This document shows, piece after piece, positions 1-7,818 of a stretch of 64,000 nt of DNA; positions within the stretch are counted from its first letter, which is position 1; every line of letters starts with the position of its first letter. Position numbers and translations under genes: made by a program. The stretch covers positions 1-64,000 of the forward strand of contig JBFXLE010000001.1 in the NCBI GenBank assembly GCA_050173015.1, in the 5' to 3' direction. The notes beneath the pieces were generated by a model, which was not told the DNA's origin, made no database searches, and worked only from the letters and a program-made list of their open reading frames with translations. The stretch is from Calditrichaceae bacterium (GTDB taxonomy: Bacteria > Calditrichota > Calditrichia > Calditrichales > JBFXGD01).

Positions 1-243
1 AGCTGCTTACGGTTTGTCTTGATAAAGCCCATTTAAATTGCCCTTAGTTTATCAATGAGTTCTGATGCTGTAAATATACATAACTTCATGTTAATTAGAA
101 AGTTAAAAGAAACTGCAACATCCTGTGCCCGGGGGAAAACGGCCTATTCTTAACTTTTATACTTCAGACGCAGTATACCGCGTATCTACTCTGAAATCTT
201 TTGTCTTTTTTCTTTTATCTTTTTTCTTCCTTCCTACATCTTC

Positions 244-305
244 CTTCCTACTTCTTACTTCTTACTTCTTACTTCCTACTTCCTACTTCCTACTTCCTAC
301 TTCTT
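244..305 (+). repeat. Heptamer tandem repeat CTTC(C/T)TA x8 plus a partial unit
   Basis: Eight consecutive 7-bp units at 244-299 then CTTCTT; the complement of the same motif recurs at 53.65-54.29 kb. Confidence 0.9.
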
Positions 306-333
306 GTAAGGTTTCTACCCGGCCTTCGTCTAA
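305..333 (+). promoter_or_regulatory. Putative ECF sigma promoter TGTAAG-N17-GTCTAA upstream of the RiPP precursor
   Basis: Same boxes and 17-bp spacing as the motifs at 11414 and 12033. Confidence 0.7.
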
Positions 334-386
334 GTAGTCAAATTCAACTATTAATCAACTAAACACAATCCAACAGGAGAGTTATC

Positions 387-863
387 ATGAAAAAGTCAAC
401 AAAAGGCGGCAAAATGAGTTCATTGGCGACCGGATCAATCATACTCGGCGCGTTAACAACCATGGGCTCGGGCACTGCCGACGCGGGTGTGTTTTCATAC
501 TCACCCCTGGGATCGGGAGCTGAAGTAAGAAGCGCGTTAAGCAACATGAATTCCGCCGCCAAAAGACCGGCTGAATTGAAATGCGCGGGCGAAACCAAAA
601 CCGATGCCAAAAAGGATTCAAAATCCGCTGAAGCAAAATGCGGCGAAGGTAAATGTGGGGAATCAAAAACTGACGCCAAAAAAGCGGGAGCGGTAAAGGA
701 TTCTTCGGCGATGGATTCAAAAGCGGCCGAAGCCAAGTGTGGTGAAGGTAAATGCGGTGATTCAAAAACCGACGCCAAAAAAGCGGGAGCGGTAAAGGAT
801 TCCACGGCGATGGACTCAAAAGCGGCTGAAGCCAAGTGTGGTGAAGGCAAATGCGGACAATAA
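387..863 (+). CDS. Secreted MNIO-RiPP precursor, HvfA/bufferin (EGKCG-motif) type
   Basis: AGGAG RBS; signal-peptide-like N-terminus ending ADA; ELKCAG plus three AEAKCGEGKCG motifs (7 Cys); directly upstream of DUF692. Confidence 0.88.
   Translation: MKKSTKGGKMSSLATGSIILGALTTMGSGTADAGVFSYSPLGSGAEVRSALSNMNSAAKRPAELKCAGETKTDAKKDSKSAEAKCGEGKCGESKTDAKKAGAVKDSSAMDSKAAEAKCGEGKCGDSKTDAKKAGAVKDSTAMDSKAAEAKCGEGKCGQ
660..857 (+). repeat. Intragenic 99-bp (33-aa) tandem duplication in the precursor
   Basis: Units 660-758 and 759-857 are near-identical (ESKTDAKKAGAVKDSSAMDSKAAEAKCGEGKCG). Confidence 0.95.
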
Positions 864-939
864 ATATGCCGGTTAATATTTGGATCTCTAAAGGAACCGG
901 TTGGCCCCTAAAGGGCGGGCAGGCTCTAAAGGGGTCTCC

Positions 940-969
940 GGAGGGGCCGGGAACGATCCCTGCCCCTTC
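940..969 (+). other. GC-rich stem-loop between precursor and MNIO gene, no U-tract
   Basis: GGAGGGGCCGGGA pairs imperfectly with TCCCTGCCCCTTC. Confidence 0.5.
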
Positions 970-996
970 ATTCGTTAACAATAAGAAGGAAAAACA

Positions 997-1830
997 ATGA
1001 TACACGGTGCAGGATTAGGATTTCGCCGCGATCTGGCGGATGATCTGATAAACGCGGAAACCAACAAACCGAATTTTGTGGAATTCGCGCCGGAAAACTG
1101 GATGGGTATGGGAGGCTTCTGGAAGAAAAAACTCCGGAGTGTAGTGGAAAAGTACCCTCTTTTGTGCCATGGGCTATCTCTTTCCATCGGCAGTCCGGAG
1201 CCGCTGGACTGGAATTTTCTGAAAGAGCTAAAAGCGTTTCTGAATGAATTCCCTGTACAAATCTACTCGGAACATCTCAGTTACAGCAAATGCGATAATG
1301 CCCATTTGTATGATCTGCTGCCGATACCGTTCCGCGAGGATGCTGTCCGCCATGTCGTGGAAAGAATCCGGCAGGTCCAGGATTTTCTGGAACGGCCCAT
1401 CGCCATCGAAAATGTATCCTATTATACACCGGTAGCCGCTGAAATGGCTGAAGAGACCTTCATCAGGTCGATTGTTGAAGAATCGGGTTGTAATCTGCTG
1501 CTTGATGTGAATAATATTTATGTAAACGCCTTCAATCATCAATACGACGCGAAGAAATTTCTAGGTCAGCTCCCCCTCGAGAAGGTCGTTTATATCCATA
1601 TGGCCGGTCATGAGCAGGTCAGTCCCGATTTAATCATCGATACGCACGGGCAGCCCATCATAGACCCCGTTTATGACCTTTTTGAATGGACAATAGACCA
1701 TGTCAGGCCGGTTCCGGTATTGCTCGAGCGGGATTATAATATCCCCGGGTTTGAAGCACTGCAGGAGGAGCTTGGCCGGCTGCAAAATATCATGGATAAA
1801 AAATGGGAAAAGCGATATGTATTTGCGTAA
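997..1830 (+). CDS. DUF692 family multinuclear non-heme iron oxidative enzyme (MNIO; HvfB/BufB-like)
   Basis: Motifs GLGFR, EFAPENW, HGLSLSIG, SEHLS, DLLPIP, IENVSYY, LLLDVNNIYVN, YIHMAGH, IDTHG, LLERD. Confidence 0.95.
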   Translation: MIHGAGLGFRRDLADDLINAETNKPNFVEFAPENWMGMGGFWKKKLRSVVEKYPLLCHGLSLSIGSPEPLDWNFLKELKAFLNEFPVQIYSEHLSYSKCDNAHLYDLLPIPFREDAVRHVVERIRQVQDFLERPIAIENVSYYTPVAAEMAEETFIRSIVEESGCNLLLDVNNIYVNAFNHQYDAKKFLGQLPLEKVVYIHMAGHEQVSPDLIIDTHGQPIIDPVYDLFEWTIDHVRPVPVLLERDYNIPGFEALQEELGRLQNIMDKKWEKRYVFA

Positions 1831-2566
1831 GGAAACCCATCAGATTCAGAGCGCCCTCGCGGTGTATTGCCGAACCGGTGAACTAAAACCAATCGAGGGC
1901 GCGCGCACAGACCGGCTTCATCATTACAGGCGCTTAGTATCCAACGTTATCGGAAGCGCTCTCGAGGGCGCCTATCCGCTGACAAGGCAAATTCTGGCCG
2001 ATGAAGTATGGGATCAGCTTGTCGACGATTTTTTTCAGAATCATGACGCGTCATCGGCGCAAATCTGGAAGATGCCCTTTGAATTTTATGAATATTGTCT
2101 GTCAAATAATTACAGTGAAAAACTAAACCTTCCATATCTGGATGATCTGCTCTATTTTGAATGGATTGAGATACATGTTCACACCATGCCCGATCAGGTC
2201 ATTCCGGAGTACAAACAACTGGGTGATCTTCTTACCGATGAGCTGATCATTAATCCCGAATATATGCTTCTTCATCTGGAATATCCGGTTCATAAACTTC
2301 CGGCAGAGGAGCTTGAAGTCAATAAGGGCAATTATTATGTGCTGGTTTTTCGCGAACAGCAAAATTTGACGGTACGATTCATGGAGCTCTCCGCTGGATT
2401 TGCCCTGTTGTTCAAAAAATTGTCGCAGGGTGGAATAATCGCCAAACAAGCACTGTTTGATACGGGCAGACAGCTAAAAATAACCGATGAACAGATACTA
2501 ATACAACTTGGCCTTCCTTTTTTGAATGATCTTTACGCTCAGGGAATCATATTGGGATTTAAATAG
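1817..2566 (+). CDS. DUF2063 family MNIO partner (HvfC/BufC-like, RiPP recognition)
   Basis: ATG at 1817 overlaps the MNIO 3' end; RLHHYRRLV, AYP, YLDDLLYFEW motifs; canonical position in the cluster. Confidence 0.85.
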   Translation: MYLRKETHQIQSALAVYCRTGELKPIEGARTDRLHHYRRLVSNVIGSALEGAYPLTRQILADEVWDQLVDDFFQNHDASSAQIWKMPFEFYEYCLSNNYSEKLNLPYLDDLLYFEWIEIHVHTMPDQVIPEYKQLGDLLTDELIINPEYMLLHLEYPVHKLPAEELEVNKGNYYVLVFREQQNLTVRFMELSAGFALLFKKLSQGGIIAKQALFDTGRQLKITDEQILIQLGLPFLNDLYAQGIILGFK

Positions 2567-2602
2567 AGATGGATCTGTCATATAAACAGATAAGAAAAGG
2601 AG

Positions 2603-3046
2603 ATGAACGTGATCGAAATGTATCTTTCCGTCAAAGACAAGCTTAATAATTTAAAAGATCTGCCGCCGTTATTATTCCGATTGATCCTTTCATATGGATT
2701 TTACGAACCGGCAACAAAAAAATTAGGCAATATTGATCAGATCGCCCAGTGGTTTGCCAGTATGAATTTCCCCTTCCCGACACTAAACGCGTATCTGGCC
2801 ACGGCCACGGAAACAGCGGGATTTATCTTGCTTTTTATAGGACTTGGGACAAGGATCATTACGATTCCACTGATGATCGTCATGCTGGTTGCCATTTTTA
2901 CCGTGCACATCGGGAACGGTTTCGCCGCGGGAAACAACGGTTTTGAGATTCCTTTGTATTATTTTCTGATGCTGGCAAGTCTTCTCATCACCGGACCGGG
3001 CAAAATCAGTCTTGATTCTATGATTGAAAAGAAGATTAAGGAATAG
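2603..3046 (+). CDS. DoxX family membrane protein
   Basis: Four hydrophobic segments; GLGTR, AIFTVH, GFE, GPGKISLD motifs; usual fourth gene of such clusters. Confidence 0.92.
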   Translation: MNVIEMYLSVKDKLNNLKDLPPLLFRLILSYGFYEPATKKLGNIDQIAQWFASMNFPFPTLNAYLATATETAGFILLFIGLGTRIITIPLMIVMLVAIFTVHIGNGFAAGNNGFEIPLYYFLMLASLLITGPGKISLDSMIEKKIKE

Positions 3047-3086
3047 GAGAACGTTCAAACCGGCAGCGGTCAAATCATAATATGTC

Positions 3087-4244
3087 ATGGGAAAAACTAA
3101 AAATTACAATGCCGATTCGCAAAAAGCGCTGATCTTCATTCCGGATATCAGCGGTTTTACACGCTTTATCAACGATACGGATATCCGTCATAGCCGCCAT
3201 ATCATCAGTGAACTTCTGGAAGTGATCATCGAATCCAATGAGCTCAACCTGAAAGTATCCGAAATTGAGGGTGACGCCGTTTTGTTTTATCTGACGGGCG
3301 GGATTCCGGACGCGCGGCGGCTTGCCGCTCAGGTAAAAAAAATGTTTATCAATTTTCATAATTATCTGAAAATAATTGAACGGGACAATGTTTGCCGGTG
3401 CGGAGCGTGTTCAACGGCGCCGGGACTGACGATAAAATTTTTCGCTCATTCAGGTGAAATAAGCATTTCGCGGATAAAAGGGCGGGAACAACTGATGGGA
3501 AAGGATATTATCCTGGCGCATCGCATTATGAAAAATGATGTTCCGGAGAATGAATATCTCCTGATCACTAAATCCTATTTTGAACACGAAGCGGTGACCG
3601 GATCCCTGGATGCCTTCGACTGGTCAGATTTGCGGTCCGGGCAGTCAGGATATGAACACATCGGGGAGGTTTCCTATAGATACATTACCCTTACGCCATT
3701 TCGGACGGAAATAATAACCCCTCATATGCACAAACCGGCTGAAAAATATAAAAATCCGATCTGGGTAGATATCGCTATTGATGCTCCTGTCGCGGTGATT
3801 TATGAAGCGATTATTGACCTGAACGCCCGTTCGATATGGAGGCACGGTTTGAGGAATATTCAGTTTGACGGTGAGGCGGTTCCGCGTATCGGTTCCGTGC
3901 ATGTTTGCGATCTGGAAATGGGAAAGACAAGAATTGAGGCGGTAGAAATGATTGCCGATGAAGGTTCCCGGGAATACGCGGAACGTATGCTCGATAACCG
4001 CTTTTTTCCGGAAGCGACTACCTTTTTCAATATGAAACCCCATAAGGAAGGAACTGAGCTGCATGTTGAGTTTCACTATCGCCGAAGACCGCTTTTGGGA
4101 TGGTTTATTGATCTGATAATGAGGAATAAGGTGAAAAACAGCATGAAGCAATCAGCCAAAAATCTGAAGAATCTCTGCGAGGCGAGAAGTCGCGAAAAAA
4201 AAGAATCATCTGAAATAAGGGCAACTTCATTCAACCGGAGTTGA
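3087..4244 (+). CDS. DUF2652 (class III nucleotidyl cyclase-like) plus C-terminal SRPBCC domain protein
   Basis: IPDISGFT and EIEGDA motifs, CRCGAC, AHRIMKN; C-terminal IAIDAPV..IYEAI.D...RSIW START-fold pattern. Confidence 0.75.
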   Translation: MGKTKNYNADSQKALIFIPDISGFTRFINDTDIRHSRHIISELLEVIIESNELNLKVSEIEGDAVLFYLTGGIPDARRLAAQVKKMFINFHNYLKIIERDNVCRCGACSTAPGLTIKFFAHSGEISISRIKGREQLMGKDIILAHRIMKNDVPENEYLLITKSYFEHEAVTGSLDAFDWSDLRSGQSGYEHIGEVSYRYITLTPFRTEIITPHMHKPAEKYKNPIWVDIAIDAPVAVIYEAIIDLNARSIWRHGLRNIQFDGEAVPRIGSVHVCDLEMGKTRIEAVEMIADEGSREYAERMLDNRFFPEATTFFNMKPHKEGTELHVEFHYRRRPLLGWFIDLIMRNKVKNSMKQSAKNLKNLCEARSREKKESSEIRATSFNRS

Positions 4245-4320
4245 AAAACGCTAAGGGATGGTTCGTCAAATACGCGCGGGTGTTTTCACAAAATAGTGTT
4301 ATTAGTAGAAAGATGTATAG

Positions 4321-4632
4321 ATGAAAATCGAAATATATTATTTTGACCATTGTCCATCCTACCGGCAGACGGTTGATAATCTCAGGGAAGTTTTGAAGGA
4401 AGAAAATATTCAGGCGGATTTGTGTTTAATCCGTGTGACATCTCCGGAAAACGCGGCGGAAGTAAATTTTATGGGATCGCCGACTATAAAAATAGACGGA
4501 ATTGATCTTGATGGATTGGAAGGCCCGGCTTCCTTCAACTGCAGATTGTATCGTATAGACGGGCGTCTTACCGGGGTTCCGACAAAATCTTTTATTCGTG
4601 AAAAAATCAAAATGCCGAAGATCGCAGGCTGA
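4321..4632 (+). CDS. Small thioredoxin-fold protein (DUF2703/DF-family-like)
   Basis: YFDHCPS, FMGSPTIKIDG and CRLY motifs. Confidence 0.75.
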   Translation: MKIEIYYFDHCPSYRQTVDNLREVLKEENIQADLCLIRVTSPENAAEVNFMGSPTIKIDGIDLDGLEGPASFNCRLYRIDGRLTGVPTKSFIREKIKMPKIAG

Positions 4633-4844
4633 TATTATCATCCCTTTTTATTTACAGTGAGAGTACTAAAAAATAATTACCGGGATAAAGCGCGTTTCTG
4701 GTTTAAAATTGAATAAAATTCTCAGAACACCATATCCCGGTATTACCCGTTTACTGTTTGATCAAAAAACGGATTTATCTAAATTAGTAGCGGTTTCACT
4801 TCACGGATTGAACACATTAACCTGTGCCGGAGTCTTCCGGAATG

Positions 4845-5261
4845 CTACGGTGTGCGTTTCTCCGCCCTGAAATTCAAGGTTCCGTCCACATTGGTCAGCA
4901 CAACGGTTATTGTCCAGTTCCCGGCTGTTCCGTCAGACGTCACCAAAGTGCCGTTCTCGGTTAAATCACTGCTGAACACCACGGTTCCGTCGGCATCTTT
5001 GATAGTAAGCGCGGCTGATCCGCCGGTCATACTGCAGGATTGATTTATATTTGCCGAGACTCCGGTATTGTTCCAGGTGTAAGTCAGCGTTTGGGAAACA
5101 TTTGTTAAACCGGTAGCCTGGAACTGAAAATAATCAACGATATTTGAAATTTCCGGTTCAAACTGCGGGCCGATTGTATTGGTTTCATCATCATCGCAAC
5201 CAATCATAAAAACAAATGCCGAAAATAAAAATAGAAATAGAAATAACTTTCCCGTGTTCAT
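4845..5261 (-). CDS. Hypothetical lipoprotein
   Basis: ATG at 5261 with AGGAG RBS; hydrophobic stretch ending MIG-C lipobox; beta-rich body. Confidence 0.75.
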   Translation of the reverse strand: MNTGKLFLFLFLFSAFVFMIGCDDDETNTIGPQFEPEISNIVDYFQFQATGLTNVSQTLTYTWNNTGVSANINQSCSMTGGSAALTIKDADGTVVFSSDLTENGTLVTSDGTAGNWTITVVLTNVDGTLNFRAEKRTP

Positions 5262-5466
5262 AAAGAATCTCCTTATATTTGGTTTAAGTTGATATATCGG
5301 CATGGCAGGTGATGACTTGAGCGTTATATTTTTCTCAAGCATTCATCCGAAACGAATTACCAATGAACTGTCTTTTTGGCGGCAAAGCTATAAAATAAAT
5401 TGACCGGCAGGATTATTAGCGCTTTTTTGAAGATGTAGTAAATTTACAGTGAAACACATTTCCGCG

Positions 5467-6621
5467 TTATTTTTCATCTCGCATGATATATTCGGGATAA
5501 TGCGCTTCCATACAGTCCGGGCAGATGCCGTGGCTAAACCTGGCGTCGGAATGCTGTTTCACATAAACTTCGACCTGATTCCAATATCCCTCATCGTCAC
5601 GGATTTTTTTACAGTAGGAACATATCGGAAGAATGCCTCTCAGGGTTTTTATTTCAGAAATGGATTTCTGGAGTTCCGCGATCAGATCTTCTTTTTCCTT
5701 TTCAGCCTTAATTCTTTCGGAAATTTCTTTATTCAGTTGGGTGTTGATTTCAGTCAGGTTTTTCTGACTGGTACTCAAATTTCTGAATAGCAGCGTGAAT
5801 GGTCTTTTGAATCCGGTTTCAATAATCGCTTTATAGAACAGAAAGAAAGACAGAACTTTCAGCAAATGACCGATAAGATTTGACGTATCGTTCACGTTAA
5901 AATAAAGGGTGAAAAAAAGCTCCGCCAGAATGCTGAGTATTATGGATATTAAAACAAGAATATAGACATCCCTGTCAAATTTCTTCCTTAGTGTTATAAT
6001 GATAATGCCCGATATGAGTAAAAATATCGAGATAATATATTCACTGGTTATTTTAAAAATGGTTAATCCTGAGCCATCGATATAACAATCCGGGAAAAGT
6101 CCGCCGCTAAAGATTGAGAAAACCAGGGCGATCGAGATAATTGTGAATCCCGCCAACAGAAATTTATGGTTTAGATTCCGGTCCATAAAAGTAGGCGCCA
6201 TGATAAGGCAAATACTCTCAAAATAACGGGCGCCGATCCAGAGCTGTGTAGGAAGATTGGTATCATTTCCCGGGAATACTCCCATACCATTGTAGGTAAG
6301 CAGATGCAAAATGTCGATCAATCCGATGAACAGATAGGCAAATCCAAGAATAATGAGAAAATTGTTCTCCAAAAATCTCCGGGAGTTCCATGCCAGCATA
6401 AAAATAGCGGATGCCATGATCACACTGAAAATTTCAACAGTGCTGTGAAAAAGCAAATAATTATATTGACCGATGACAGTCAGAATTGACAAAACCGTAA
6501 TTGCGAGCAGGATATTTAAAGCAATGTTCGGCGAAGGGATTAATTTTTTCTGATGATGATATTTTTCCATTGAATCGACCTGATGCTGGTACCGGCTGTA
6601 ATCAGAATTTTTCTTTGTCAT
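5467..6621 (-). CDS. MASE3-domain membrane sensor with C-terminal Cys/His module
   Basis: NYLLFHSTVEIFS, LHLLTY.GMGVF, TQLWIGARY (MASE3); tail LPICSYCKKIRD...FSHGICPDC. Confidence 0.82.
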   Translation of the reverse strand: MTKKNSDYSRYQHQVDSMEKYHHQKKLIPSPNIALNILLAITVLSILTVIGQYNYLLFHSTVEIFSVIMASAIFMLAWNSRRFLENNFLIILGFAYLFIGLIDILHLLTYNGMGVFPGNDTNLPTQLWIGARYFESICLIMAPTFMDRNLNHKFLLAGFTIISIALVFSIFSGGLFPDCYIDGSGLTIFKITSEYIISIFLLISGIIIITLRKKFDRDVYILVLISIILSILAELFFTLYFNVNDTSNLIGHLLKVLSFFLFYKAIIETGFKRPFTLLFRNLSTSQKNLTEINTQLNKEISERIKAEKEKEDLIAELQKSISEIKTLRGILPICSYCKKIRDDEGYWNQVEVYVKQHSDARFSHGICPDCMEAHYPEYIMRDEK

Positions 6622-6799
6622 TTTTCCGTCGCAATTCTTATGTATTAATCGAAAAATAATTTATATAAATATATATTAAATTTTTTTTATTAAAAGAACT
6701 CTCGTCAGGCACGAAATAATCATCACGGGAGATAAATTAAATTTATCGTCATGATACGATATATCTTTAGGGATATCTTTTCTCTGTTGAGGATTCGCT

Positions 6800-7818
6800 G
6801 GGGTATTCGTTGGGGCAATCGTTGGGGCATCTGTTGGGGCGATGCATTCATATCCGTATAATTGATGTCGTTGATAGTAATGGAAAGGAATGCATCGCCC
6901 GTACCTTGGGCGCTATGCGGATTTTGTTGATTTTTTGGTGATTGATTGGAGATTTGTTGGGGATTTGTTGGGTATTCGTTTGGGTAATCGTTGGGGCATC
7001 TGTTGGGGCGATGCATTCATATCCGTATAATTGATGTCGTAAATATTATTGAATGGAATGCATCGCCCGTACGTCGAATAGGCAGAATTGATGTCGTTGA
7101 TATAATCGGAAAGAATGCATCGCCCGTACCTTGGGTGTTATGCGGATTTTGTTGATTTTTTGGTGATTGATTGGAGATTTGTTGGGGATTTGTTTGGGTA
7201 ATCGTTGGGGCATCTGTTGGGGCGATGCATTCATATCCGTATAATCGATGTTGTTTATATAATCGGAAAGAATGCATCGCCCGTACCTTCAAATTGGCAG
7301 AATTGATGTCGTTAATATAATCGGAAAGAATGCATCGCCCGTACCCGGGGCGCTATGCGGATTTTGTTGATTTTTCGATGATTGATTGGAGATTTGTAGG
7401 GTATTCGTTTGGGTAATCGTTGGGGCATCTGTTGGGGCGATGCATTCATATCCGTATAATTGATGTCGTTGATAGTAATGGAAGGGAATGCATCGCCCGT
7501 ACCTTTGGCGCTATGTGGATTTTATTGGTTTTTCGATGATTGATTGGAGAATTGTTGGGTATTTGTTTGGATAATCGTTGGGGCATCTGTTGGGGCGATG
7601 CATTCATATCCGTATAATCGATGTCGTTGATATAATCGGAAAGGAATGCATCGCCCGTACCTTGGGCGCTATGTGGATTTTATTGGTTTTTCGATGATTG
7701 ATTGGAGATTTGTTGGGGATTTGTTTGGGTAATCGTTGGGGCATCTGTTGGGGCGATGCATTCATATCCGTATAATCGATGTCGTTGATAGTAATGGAAG
7801 GGAATGCATCGCCCCTAC
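6800..7818. repeat. Tandem array of REP-derived long hairpins (6 full units plus 2 extra half-arms)
   Basis: GTTGGGGCGATGCATTC...GAATGCATCGCCCGTAC at about 6833, 7002, 7216, 7431, 7589 and 7747; last periods 158 bp. Confidence 0.92.

Noticed and set aside
125-337. 70-aa LLTSYF-repeat ORF, and similar ORFs at 53531-54297
   Set aside because: Translations of heptamer tandem repeats.
359-1005. Antisense ORFs 359-850 and 439-1005
   Set aside because: Shadows of the repetitive precursor gene, which has the RBS, signal peptide and cluster context.
1700-1816. Upstream start for the DUF2063 gene
   Set aside because: Would overlap the MNIO gene by 131 bp; ATG 1817 gives a normal coupled junction.
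4321-4632. Selenoprotein
   Set aside because: The redox position is a normal Cys codon and there is no in-frame TGA before the terminal stop.
6800-7818. CRISPR array
   Set aside because: Sequences between the conserved arms are near-copies of each other, not unique spacers; periods are 158-215 bp; no cas genes in the window.
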